The notes below the pieces were generated by a model. It saw only the letters and a list, made by a program, of their open reading frames with translations, made no database searches and was not told the origin of the DNA. A stretch of DNA of 64,000 nucleotides from a virus. The DNA lies in IMG/VR virus record IMGVR_UViG_3300025655_000022, positions 23,178 through 87,177 of that record. One strand, given 5' to 3'. Below are positions 41,793-49,635 of this stretch, in pieces. Every line of letters starts with the position of its first letter. Position 1 is the first letter of the stretch. Made by a program: the position numbers and the translations under genes.

Positions 41793-41816
41793 ATCAATAA
41801 TGTGTCCTTGTGTCAT

Positions 41817-41824
41817 TATTTATG
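41817..41824 (-). promoter_or_regulatory. gp55-type late promoter driving the leftward tail operon
   Basis: CATAAATA on the minus strand in the divergent intergenic region. Confidence 0.7.
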
Positions 41825-41859
41825 TCACCCATTAACTGCGTATATAATGCAAAAAAATA

Positions 41860-41889
41860 TTGACATCATACACAAATTTGTTATATAAT
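41860..41889 (+). promoter_or_regulatory. Sigma70-type early promoter
   Basis: TTGACA-N18-TATAAT, then SD AGGAG (41904-41908) and ATG 41914. Confidence 0.8.
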
Positions 41890-41913
41890 AAGTGTATTAT
41901 TATAGGAGATTCA

Positions 41914-42816
41914 ATGAATCAACCAAAACAGAAAAGAGTAAACTATCTAAACAACAAAGATATACTGGCAGAAATTCACAAAAGTAAGAACACATTTTGC
42001 TCTTACCGAGACAAGATTACAGACAGCGATTTTGATTTAATTTTAGAACCGGACGAAAACGGCAAGACCGGACTTGAAAAGATCAACGTTCGTACACTAA
42101 AAGAAGCACGTGACAATCGTGCCACACGTTTGTCTAAACTCACAGGCGAAACTGTAGATCCAAAATCTATTACTAACGAAGATATTGTTATTCGTGTAAT
42201 GACCGACGAACACGTTCCGCTAGGACCTAAGAAGCGTACAAAAGCAAGCACTAAACCTAAGAAAAAGAAAGCAGCAGACTTGCTTGATGATTTAGATCTA
42301 GATGAAGACACCGACGACACAGATGTTGATGCTAACGATCCCGATGTAGAAATGGTTCCAGTTCGTTGTAACTTTCCGCCATTCAAGCATTATAGAATCG
42401 ACGCAGATGGTAACCCGTTCGAAGTAGGCCGTAGTCACTGGCGTGGTGATTTTGAAACTGGACACTTTAGTAAGAGTCACGGACGTGTTACAGATAAACT
42501 TGCTATGATGTATATGAAGTTATGTGAACGTTATGCTACACGTTCTAACTGGCGTGGATACACTTATAATGACGAAATGCGTTCGCAAGCTCTGCTTCAA
42601 CTTTGTCAAATTGGCTTACAGTTTAACGAAGCAAAATCACTGAATCCATTTGCTTATTACACAGCAGCAGTTACTAACTCATTTACCCGTGTACTAAACA
42701 TTGAAAAGAAAATGCAGAATATTCGTGACGATATTCTTGAACAGCATGGCCTTGACCCGAGTTGGACTCGCCAATTTGCAAATGAGAATGTTGACGGGAA
42801 ATATTTAGGGGATTAA
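41914..42816 (+). CDS. gp55: Late-transcription sigma factor, gp55-like
   Basis: NYLNNKDILAEI...LCERYATRSNWRGYTYNDEM...NPFAYYT...NSFTRVLNIEKK; adjacent to gp47/gp46 as in T4. Confidence 0.88.
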   Translation: MNQPKQKRVNYLNNKDILAEIHKSKNTFCSYRDKITDSDFDLILEPDENGKTGLEKINVRTLKEARDNRATRLSKLTGETVDPKSITNEDIVIRVMTDEHVPLGPKKRTKASTKPKKKKAADLLDDLDLDEDTDDTDVDANDPDVEMVPVRCNFPPFKHYRIDADGNPFEVGRSHWRGDFETGHFSKSHGRVTDKLAMMYMKLCERYATRSNWRGYTYNDEMRSQALLQLCQIGLQFNEAKSLNPFAYYTAAVTNSFTRVLNIEKKMQNIRDDILEQHGLDPSWTRQFANENVDGKYLGD

Positions 42817-42877
42817 AACAAATTAATGTTTGATAAAAGTATCGGTTATCAACAAACAAGTTATTGGAGATTTTTGA

Positions 42878-43891
42878 GTGAGCTTATTCAAACGAGCAGC
42901 AATTTTTACCGATATTCACTTCGGGCTAAAGAATAATAGCATTACACATTTACAAGACTGCGAAAGTTTTGTGGATTGGTTTATTGATTTAGCCAAAAGT
43001 AAAAATTGCGAAACCGGAATGTTTCTCGGTGATTGGCATCATCATCGTGCTAGTATTAACCTACAGACATTAAATTTTAGTTTGCGCAGTTTAGAGAAAT
43101 TGAGTGCTGCATTTGATCGGTTTTATTTCTTGCCCGGTAATCACGATCTTTATTATAGAGACAAACGTGACATTCACGGTGCAGAGTGGGCGAAGCATTT
43201 GCCCAACATTCATGTTGTTAATGATTGGTTTACTGATGGCGATGTAACTATTGTTCCGTGGCTAGTTGGTGATGATCATAAGCGTATTCAAAAGATTACA
43301 TCCAAGTATGTGTTTGGTCATTTTGAACTACCGCACTTTAAAATGAATGCAATGGTAGAAATGCCCGACACCGGCGAAGTTAACGCAGATGATTTCAAAG
43401 GTGTTGAACGTGTGTTTAGTGGGCACTTTCATATGCGTCAAAATAAGGGTAATATTTCGTACATTGGCAATGCGTTCCCACATAACTTTGCTGACGCTGG
43501 TGATGAACAGCGTGGTGCTACAATCTTAGAATGGGGGCAGAACCCAGAGTTCTTTGCGTGGGATCAACAACCAACATATCGTGTTGTTGATTTGTCAGCG
43601 TTAATCGATCATGCCGACCAAATTCTAAAACCTAATATGTATGTTCGTGTTAATTTGGATATTAATGTAAGTTACGAAGAAGCAAACTTTATTAAAGAAA
43701 CATTTGTAAACAGTTACGGTGTTAGAGAAATTAGCCTTTTGCCAAAATCTAAAAATCAAGAGCACGAATTAGATTCATCAGACTCCGTTATGTTTCACTC
43801 AGTTGACCAAATTATCACAGAACAATTAACAAATATAGACTCTGATTTTTATAATAAGCAATTATTGTTAGAAATTTATAGGAATTTATGA
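42878..43891 (+). CDS. gp47: Recombination endonuclease subunit (Mre11/SbcD-like)
   Basis: Phosphoesterase motifs DIHFG, GDWHH, GNHD, GHFE, SGHFH. Confidence 0.93.
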   Translation: MSLFKRAAIFTDIHFGLKNNSITHLQDCESFVDWFIDLAKSKNCETGMFLGDWHHHRASINLQTLNFSLRSLEKLSAAFDRFYFLPGNHDLYYRDKRDIHGAEWAKHLPNIHVVNDWFTDGDVTIVPWLVGDDHKRIQKITSKYVFGHFELPHFKMNAMVEMPDTGEVNADDFKGVERVFSGHFHMRQNKGNISYIGNAFPHNFADAGDEQRGATILEWGQNPEFFAWDQQPTYRVVDLSALIDHADQILKPNMYVRVNLDINVSYEEANFIKETFVNSYGVREISLLPKSKNQEHELDSSDSVMFHSVDQIITEQLTNIDSDFYNKQLLLEIYRNL

Positions 43892-43919
43892 AGGCACTAA
43901 ATTATAGAATATTTTAACT

Positions 43920-44474
43920 ATGGCTAATGTAACAAAAAACTTTCTTAGCGAAATTTCAAAGCATGTTAATATTCTCGCTAATATCAGTCTAATACTTATA
44001 GATGATGATTTTGAAAAACTTCGCTCGATTTTATTAAGAACAAAAAAAGAAACTTTTCAACACAACGATTATTATGTTATATGTCACGGTGATACAGACT
44101 TTTATCTTCCTGGAAGCCCTTATGGATTATCTATTTTTAATCTTGTTAGGACATTCCAAGAAGTTGACATTTCGTTAGGGCGTGTAATTTTTGTAACTGA
44201 TCATTTAGGTATCGAAGAAGAATTTAAATTCCTTATTCCTCAAAAATTACATCAGTTTGATTTACCATTGATCATCGATAATTGTATGAGCGCATCGTCA
44301 GACCTAATGCTAGATAATTTTTGTTATCCAGATATTAATGTTAATCCAGCTAAAATTAAAAAACATGCGTTATGCATGATGGGGGCAAAAAGAATTCATC
44401 GCAACGGATTATTTCATTTTTTAAAAAATAATAACCTATTAGAAAAAATTGTAACATCCTATAATAATACGTGA
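43920..44474 (+). CDS. Hypothetical protein, N-terminal half of the GT-like family
   Basis: Ends ALCMMGAKRIHR..., similar to YMCLNRKPKPHR in 4030-5085; AT-rich. Confidence 0.5.
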   Translation: MANVTKNFLSEISKHVNILANISLILIDDDFEKLRSILLRTKKETFQHNDYYVICHGDTDFYLPGSPYGLSIFNLVRTFQEVDISLGRVIFVTDHLGIEEEFKFLIPQKLHQFDLPLIIDNCMSASSDLMLDNFCYPDINVNPAKIKKHALCMMGAKRIHRNGLFHFLKNNNLLEKIVTSYNNT

Positions 44475-45028
44475 TCATGAAACATAGAATATACACTAAA
44501 CCATTTACTAGAATTAACGAAAATTGGAATACCTATGGAGAGCTAAACACTTTACCAACTGATGAAAAATATTCAGACAACATTATCACCGGCTCTGCTA
44601 ACGGACATCATATTAACAGACATAATGATATTGTCAAAGACTTTTATCAATTAATTGGTATTGACATTGTTACCGAAACCGTGTTCGATTACAAATATCC
44701 GCGGATATCTGAAAAAATAATTCGTCCTATAATTAACAAAAGACCGTTTTTAGTTGTAGGTGCACCTAACACACTAAAATTTTTATGCAGCAAAGGTTTT
44801 CAAACTTTTGCTCCATTTATTAATGAAGATTATGACCAAATAGTTGATCCAGTGTATCGTATGAAATTTTTACTTGACGAAATAACCCGATTAACACAAA
44901 TGCCCATTGACAAAATAAAAGATTTTGTGTTAGAGTATACACCTATCTTGAATCATAATTTTAATATTTTAAAAGACTTAGAGCAGCAAGAACTAAAGTC
45001 AATTTCAAAATTATTATCAAAATTATAA
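44471..45028 (+). CDS. C-terminal half of the GT-like family
   Basis: DIVTETVF...ISEKIIRPI..KRPFLVVG...GFQTF...INEDYD. Confidence 0.55.
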   Translation: MIMKHRIYTKPFTRINENWNTYGELNTLPTDEKYSDNIITGSANGHHINRHNDIVKDFYQLIGIDIVTETVFDYKYPRISEKIIRPIINKRPFLVVGAPNTLKFLCSKGFQTFAPFINEDYDQIVDPVYRMKFLLDEITRLTQMPIDKIKDFVLEYTPILNHNFNILKDLEQQELKSISKLLSKL

Positions 45029-45040
45029 ACAAATAAATTA

Positions 45041-46798
45041 ATGATAACAATTCGCACATTAACCGTTAAAAACTTTATGAGCGTAGGCAATGCTACGCAA
45101 GCAGTTCATTTTGACCGCAATGATCTAACCCTGGTGTTAGGTAATAATATGGACTTAGGTGGCGATGGCGCTCGTAATGGCACAGGTAAGACTACTATTA
45201 TTAACGCACTTTCGTATGCGTTTTACGGTGTAGCACTGACTAACATTAAACGAGATAACTTAATTAACAAAACAAATTCTAAAGGCATGCTTTGCTCTGT
45301 AGAGTTTGAGTACGCTGGCAAAGAGTACAGAATTGAGCGTGGGCGCAAGCCTAACGTATTAAAGTTCTATATTGAAAATGAAGAACAAGAATCAACAGAT
45401 AACGCCCAGGGTGATTCGCGAGAAACACAAAAAGCTATTGAGGAATTGCTAGGTATAAGCCACACTATGTTCAAGCATATTGTGGCTTTGAACACGTATA
45501 CCGAACCTTTCCTCAGTATGCGGGCCAACGATCAGCGTGATATTATCGAGCAATTGCTTGGCATCACATTGCTCACCGAAAAAGCAGAGCAACTAAAAGA
45601 GCAGTCTAAAAATACAAAAGACCTCAAAAAAGAAGAAGAGTTGCGTATTCAAGCAGTTATGGATGCTAATCAACGTATTCAAGATCAAATCGATTCGGTT
45701 AGACGTCGGCAACGTATGTGGTTAGATAATCAACAAAAAGATGTTGCCGATTATGAAGCATCCATTGAAGCTCTTGAACACATTGATATTGAAGCAGAAG
45801 TAAAAGCGTTTGCTGAAATTGATGCATATAACGAAAAGAAAACACAAATTGATACACTACAAGTATATCAAACCTCAATCGACGCCGAGAATAAGCGTCT
45901 TGGAACTAAAATTCAAAAATTAGAAAAAGAAATTGCTTCACTAAAGGATCACAAGTGTCATGCGTGCGGTCAAGAGTTACACGATGCTAAACATGAAGAA
46001 ATTTTAGCAGACAAAGAAGGCGATCTACAACAAGCAGCACTTCAAATTGTTACCAATGAAGGTCAATGGGACGAAGCACATCAAGGATTACAAGCACTAG
46101 GCGAACTTGGATCAAAGCCGCAAACGTTTTATAAAACATTACAAGAAGCATTGGAGCATAAAAATACACTAGAAACTGCTCGTGCGCAGCTAGAAACACG
46201 TCGCAATGAAACAGACCCATATAGTGAGCAAATTACAGAAATGGAAGAACAAGCGTTACAAGAAGTTTCATATGATCGTGTAAATGAGTTAGCACATTTA
46301 CAAGAGCATCAAGAGTTCTTGCTTAAATTGCTCACTAACAAGGATTCGTTTATTCGTAAAAAGATTATTGATCAGAATCTAGCGTATCTAAACTCTCGGT
46401 TAACGCATTATCTTGACAAAATTGGATTAAGACATACAGTACAGTTCTTAAATGATCTTTCTGTAGAAATTACCGATCTAGGACGAGATTTGGATTTTGA
46501 TAACTTATCGCGTGGTGAACGTAACAGACTTATATTAAGTTTGTCATGGGCATTCCGTGATGTTTGGGAATCTCTATACCAACCAATTAATGTTGTATTT
46601 GTTGACGAGCTAATCGACAATGGACTAGATTCGCAAGGTGTTGAAAACGCATTAGGTATCTTAAAACACATGACTCGCGAGCGTTCTAAGAGTGTGTGGC
46701 TTGTTTCGCACAAAGATGAACTTATTGGACGTGTACACAATACATTAACAGTAGTAAAAGAAAACGGGTTCACAACATACGATACAACCGATGCCTAA
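45041..46798 (+). CDS. gp46: Recombination ATPase subunit (Rad50/SbcC-like)
   Basis: KNFMSVG, Walker A NGTGKT, coiled coils with CHACG zinc hook, signature LSRGE, Walker B VFVDE. Confidence 0.95.
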   Translation: MITIRTLTVKNFMSVGNATQAVHFDRNDLTLVLGNNMDLGGDGARNGTGKTTIINALSYAFYGVALTNIKRDNLINKTNSKGMLCSVEFEYAGKEYRIERGRKPNVLKFYIENEEQESTDNAQGDSRETQKAIEELLGISHTMFKHIVALNTYTEPFLSMRANDQRDIIEQLLGITLLTEKAEQLKEQSKNTKDLKKEEELRIQAVMDANQRIQDQIDSVRRRQRMWLDNQQKDVADYEASIEALEHIDIEAEVKAFAEIDAYNEKKTQIDTLQVYQTSIDAENKRLGTKIQKLEKEIASLKDHKCHACGQELHDAKHEEILADKEGDLQQAALQIVTNEGQWDEAHQGLQALGELGSKPQTFYKTLQEALEHKNTLETARAQLETRRNETDPYSEQITEMEEQALQEVSYDRVNELAHLQEHQEFLLKLLTNKDSFIRKKIIDQNLAYLNSRLTHYLDKIGLRHTVQFLNDLSVEITDLGRDLDFDNLSRGERNRLILSLSWAFRDVWESLYQPINVVFVDELIDNGLDSQGVENALGILKHMTRERSKSVWLVSHKDELIGRVHNTLTVVKENGFTTYDTTDA

Positions 46799-46898
46799 TA
46801 TTTTTAATTTGAGTCAAATTGACGAGTATCAGCTTGAAATTACTGCGTGGGTAAATTACAATTTTGAGCAGAATATATTACAAGGTATAAGTAAGCAC

Positions 46899-47426
46899 GT
46901 GCCAAGTCCACAGAAAGCAAAAGGTAGTAATTGGGAAAGAGATGTTGCTAGACGACTTTCTGAAATCTACAATGAAACCTTTATTAGAGTTCCAGGATCT
47001 GGTGCGTATGTAGGCGGCTTAAATGCTGCTCGCAAAGAATTTTTACACGAAGGCACTATACGAGTCCTTAAAGGAGACATTGTTCCTCCGTTAAGTTTTC
47101 CTCGTTTTAATGCTGAGTGTAAAAGTTATAAAGAATTTCCGTGGCATCAACTATATACAGGCGACTGCAAAGTTCTTGACGGTTGGATAACTCAGTGCTT
47201 GGATGCAGCGGACGAAGGCGACGTGAATTTATTATTCATGAAGTTCAACCGTAAAGGCACATTTTTGGCATTTGAAGACAGGCATAAGGCACATTTTAAA
47301 ATAGAAAATTACACCTGTTACAGTCCATTATCAGAGTCCCTGGGAGGACCTTGGATCGTAACAGATTTGGGCACATTCTTAGGCATAAGGCAAAACACAG
47401 ACAAACTGAATGAGTTGTGTGCATAA
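46899..47426 (+). CDS. Holliday junction resolvase-like PD-(D/E)XK nuclease
   Basis: QKAKGSNWERDVA...RVPGSGA...GDIVPP...AECKSY. Likely start GTG 46899 after TATAAGTA. Confidence 0.8.
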   Translation: MPSPQKAKGSNWERDVARRLSEIYNETFIRVPGSGAYVGGLNAARKEFLHEGTIRVLKGDIVPPLSFPRFNAECKSYKEFPWHQLYTGDCKVLDGWITQCLDAADEGDVNLLFMKFNRKGTFLAFEDRHKAHFKIENYTCYSPLSESLGGPWIVTDLGTFLGIRQNTDKLNELCA

Positions 47427-47439
47427 CACAATACTAAAT

Positions 47440-47900
47440 CGTTAAAAGTCTAGCTTGGGGCGGTTAATACAAGCGGTAACACTCTCTGTTGTGAGGAGGA
47501 CACCTAAATCGTGGGTAACGACACGGACATCAATCACTATCCTTAACAGGACGCTAACACGACATGCCTGTGAACTTTGTAACGCTTATTTGTAGTTCAC
47601 TAACGTGTTTGATCGATGTATGGCAACACAAAAAGGCTAAAAGATGCTGCTCTGTAAAAAAAATCAACAGCAAGTTTGCATATAGCGGGCAATTAGTTAT
47701 ATGTAAACTCCCGTCAGAATAAAGTCTAGAGTAGGGGGTACCGGCTGACCGCCTCCGCAAAATGATCATTATAAAATACATTTTAATCTCTTATAATTGC
47801 TGGCTAGCTCACTCGACGAAAGATGAATTAGTTTAACTTTACCCTCGGATGGGTAAAGTTTGACCAGTCTATCTGACGAAATATGTTCAAGAAAACATAT
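47440..47900 (+). ncRNA. Putative large structured non-coding RNA, family unknown
   Basis: More than ten stems including nested long-range pairs, with G-U pairs that favour the plus strand; no credible ORF. Confidence 0.65.
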
Positions 47901-47962
47901 TAAATTTATTTCACTTACATATTGATATCACACTATTACATAATATTCAGAGTCTTAAAAAA

Positions 47963-48006
47963 TAAGATTGAGCGTAAGCGAAATCTTAGATATGCGTAGC
48001 ATATCT
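47963..48006. repeat. Tandem inverted repeats with GC-GTAA-GC and GC-GTA-GC mini-hairpin loops
   Basis: TAAGATT-GAGCGTAAGCGA-AATCTTA (47963-47988) and AGATATGC-GTA-GCATATCT (47988-48006). Confidence 0.75.
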
Positions 48007-48082
48007 CCTGATATTAAATCTATTGTGTGATATGACAAAATTCTGATATTTGGAAACACATTTTCTTATTCATGCGTTCATG

Positions 48083-48116
48083 AAAAAGCCCCTAGCTTTG
48101 GCATACCAGGGGCTTT
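48083..48116 (-). terminator. Intrinsic terminator of the leftward chaperone operon
   Basis: AAAGCCCCT-N14-AGGGGCTTT with an A5 tract on the plus strand (U tract on minus). Confidence 0.7.
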
Positions 48117-48150
48117 GATTTGGGCACGTTACATTGCGTAACAAATTTAT

Positions 48151-48483
48151 TTATGCAAATGTGTCTGGCCAGTCTCGATAATATGCGTGTTTGATATCCT
48201 CTACAAATTGATTAAACGATTTGTGTTTGGTTTCCAGTTCACCTTCCAGAGGGGCTACACGCTGAAACGCCTCTTCTAATTGTGCCATGTTCTTGAATTC
48301 CATCATGATATGCCATTCAGGCAAATCAGGAATACTTGCGAAACCCATTTTGCAACGAGTAATGCGATAGCCTTCGCATTTTCCTTCAGATTTCAGATGT
48401 TCTAAAAATCCTTTCATGTTGTTAACCCAATCGATATCCGAAATATCCGTGGACTTTTCAGCCCAAATATGATAAATGTCCAT
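48151..48483 (-). CDS. Dimeric alpha+beta barrel protein (DUF6614-like)
   Basis: MDIYHIW...FLEHLKSEG...YRITRCKMGF...WHIMMEF...QLEEAF...YRDWPD; family recalled from motif pattern. Confidence 0.6.
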   Translation of the reverse strand: MDIYHIWAEKSTDISDIDWVNNMKGFLEHLKSEGKCEGYRITRCKMGFASIPDLPEWHIMMEFKNMAQLEEAFQRVAPLEGELETKHKSFNQFVEDIKHAYYRDWPDTFA

Positions 48484-48905
48484 TATGTTCTTGGTCCTAA
48501 AATTTCAAATCCGTCAATTTGACGTTTGTATTCGGTAGCTTCGCCTAAGTACAAATAGTCAAACCCTCTACTTTTATAAAACGCACATTCACTTCGTAAG
48601 CTAGAAATTCCTAAATGTAGCTTAGGATTTTGATAATCCCATGCAAATTGAATGGCTTCTACATTTTTATTATTATAAACACGCATTAAGCTAAATGCAA
48701 CCAATTTATCTTGATCATAATATCCTAGAACATCATTTGTGAAATATTCCTCGGTAAAAATAGGCATTACAGATCGGAATTTTTTATGAGCACAATATGT
48801 ATTATAAATGCGCTCTAATTCAATTGGATTTGGATTTACAATAAATTCAAAATTATCCAAAATGCTGTAATTGGTATCTGCCAGTCGTATACGGGCATAT
48901 ATCAT
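48483..48905 (-). CDS. GNAT-fold protein resembling the C-terminal domain of aminoacyl-tRNA-protein transferases (ATE/Bpt)
   Basis: YYDQDKLVAFS...FAWDY..PKLHLGISSLRSECAFYKSRGFDYLYLG....YKRQIDGFE. Confidence 0.62.
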   Translation of the reverse strand: MIYARIRLADTNYSILDNFEFIVNPNPIELERIYNTYCAHKKFRSVMPIFTEEYFTNDVLGYYDQDKLVAFSLMRVYNNKNVEAIQFAWDYQNPKLHLGISSLRSECAFYKSRGFDYLYLGEATEYKRQIDGFEILGPRT

Positions 48906-49405
48906 GATCTGGGATCCTTCCTGTTTGTAAACAAATCATCTAAATATTCTGAATCCCATCCATTATAGTAACCTTTTTTGTATAGTTGCACACTAGCATC
49001 GTCGAGATTTTTAGTTAGAGCACAAATGCTTAATGCATACGTTCCTTGATTAAAACAAACTCCATTTTGTTCTTCGTAATGTCCAGGATGATCTGATAAG
49101 CTAATAAGCCCAGCATTTTTCATTGGTCCGTTGTTTGCAGCGTCGATATGATCATTAAATTCGTCAGCACCCCATAATTCTGGGTCGTATATGTAAACAA
49201 CAACTTCCCAGTTTTCCATACCTTTTTTGCTTAACATTAGCAAGTCTAAATACGGATCTCCGCCTAAACGAAAATCAATTTGATTTTTTAAGCGTGCTTG
49301 TTTAGCATACGGGCACGGTGGAAATCCTCCTAATGCTGGGTGAGGAACTTCGATAAAGTTTTGTAACCAATCTATAACTGACTGTTTTGCTTCGGTTAAA
49401 TTCAT
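48902..49405 (-). CDS. CPYA-motif protein (DUF1415/DUF6875-like)
   Basis: WLQNFIEVPHPALGGFPPCPYAKQA...DHP...L.DAS..LYKKGYY..W. Confidence 0.55.
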   Translation of the reverse strand: MNLTEAKQSVIDWLQNFIEVPHPALGGFPPCPYAKQARLKNQIDFRLGGDPYLDLLMLSKKGMENWEVVVYIYDPELWGADEFNDHIDAANNGPMKNAGLISLSDHPGHYEEQNGVCFNQGTYALSICALTKNLDDASVQLYKKGYYNGWDSEYLDDLFTNRKDPRS

Positions 49406-49635
49406 TAAAAATACGGGAGTCCTGATTTTTTGGTTGTTTCCAGATTGTCTTTGAGCAGTTTTCCAATGCTCTCACGTTCAGAATTACTTAGCATCAGTGC
49501 ATGATCGTAACTGATTCCGCCGCGCATGCCCCAGGATATTCTGAGCGATTCTTCTTTGATGGCCACACACTCTTTTTCCATGTCATCCACTAGCCTGGAT
49601 ATCTGGTCAGAATCCAGCGTGAGCAGCCTTACCCG
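49405..49635 (-). CDS. gp51-like tail chaperone C-terminal segment, probably reached by -1 frameshift
   Basis: ISWGMRGGISYDHALMLSNSERE. The frame stays open upstream to the T_TTT_TTC site. Confidence 0.6.
   Translation of the reverse strand, partial: RVRLLTLDSDQISRLVDDMEKECVAIKEESLRISWGMRGGISYDHALMLSNSERESIGKLLKDNLETTKKSGLPYF

Noticed and set aside
14800-41800. Impression of different codon usage (more CTG/AGA) in baseplate genes than in head and recombination genes
   Set aside because: Not quantifiable by eye, and plausibly due to expression level rather than foreign origin.
47554-47781. 75-aa minus-strand ORF in the intergenic region
   Set aside because: No SD or recognisable motif; the stems and G-U orientation are better explained by a plus-strand RNA.
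47440-47900. tmRNA, RNase P RNA, tRNA or group I/II intron identity
   Set aside because: No TPsiC arm/CCA end, no GAGGAAAGUCC, no group I P7 or group II domain V pattern seen, and no interrupted host gene. An Rfam scan is still needed.
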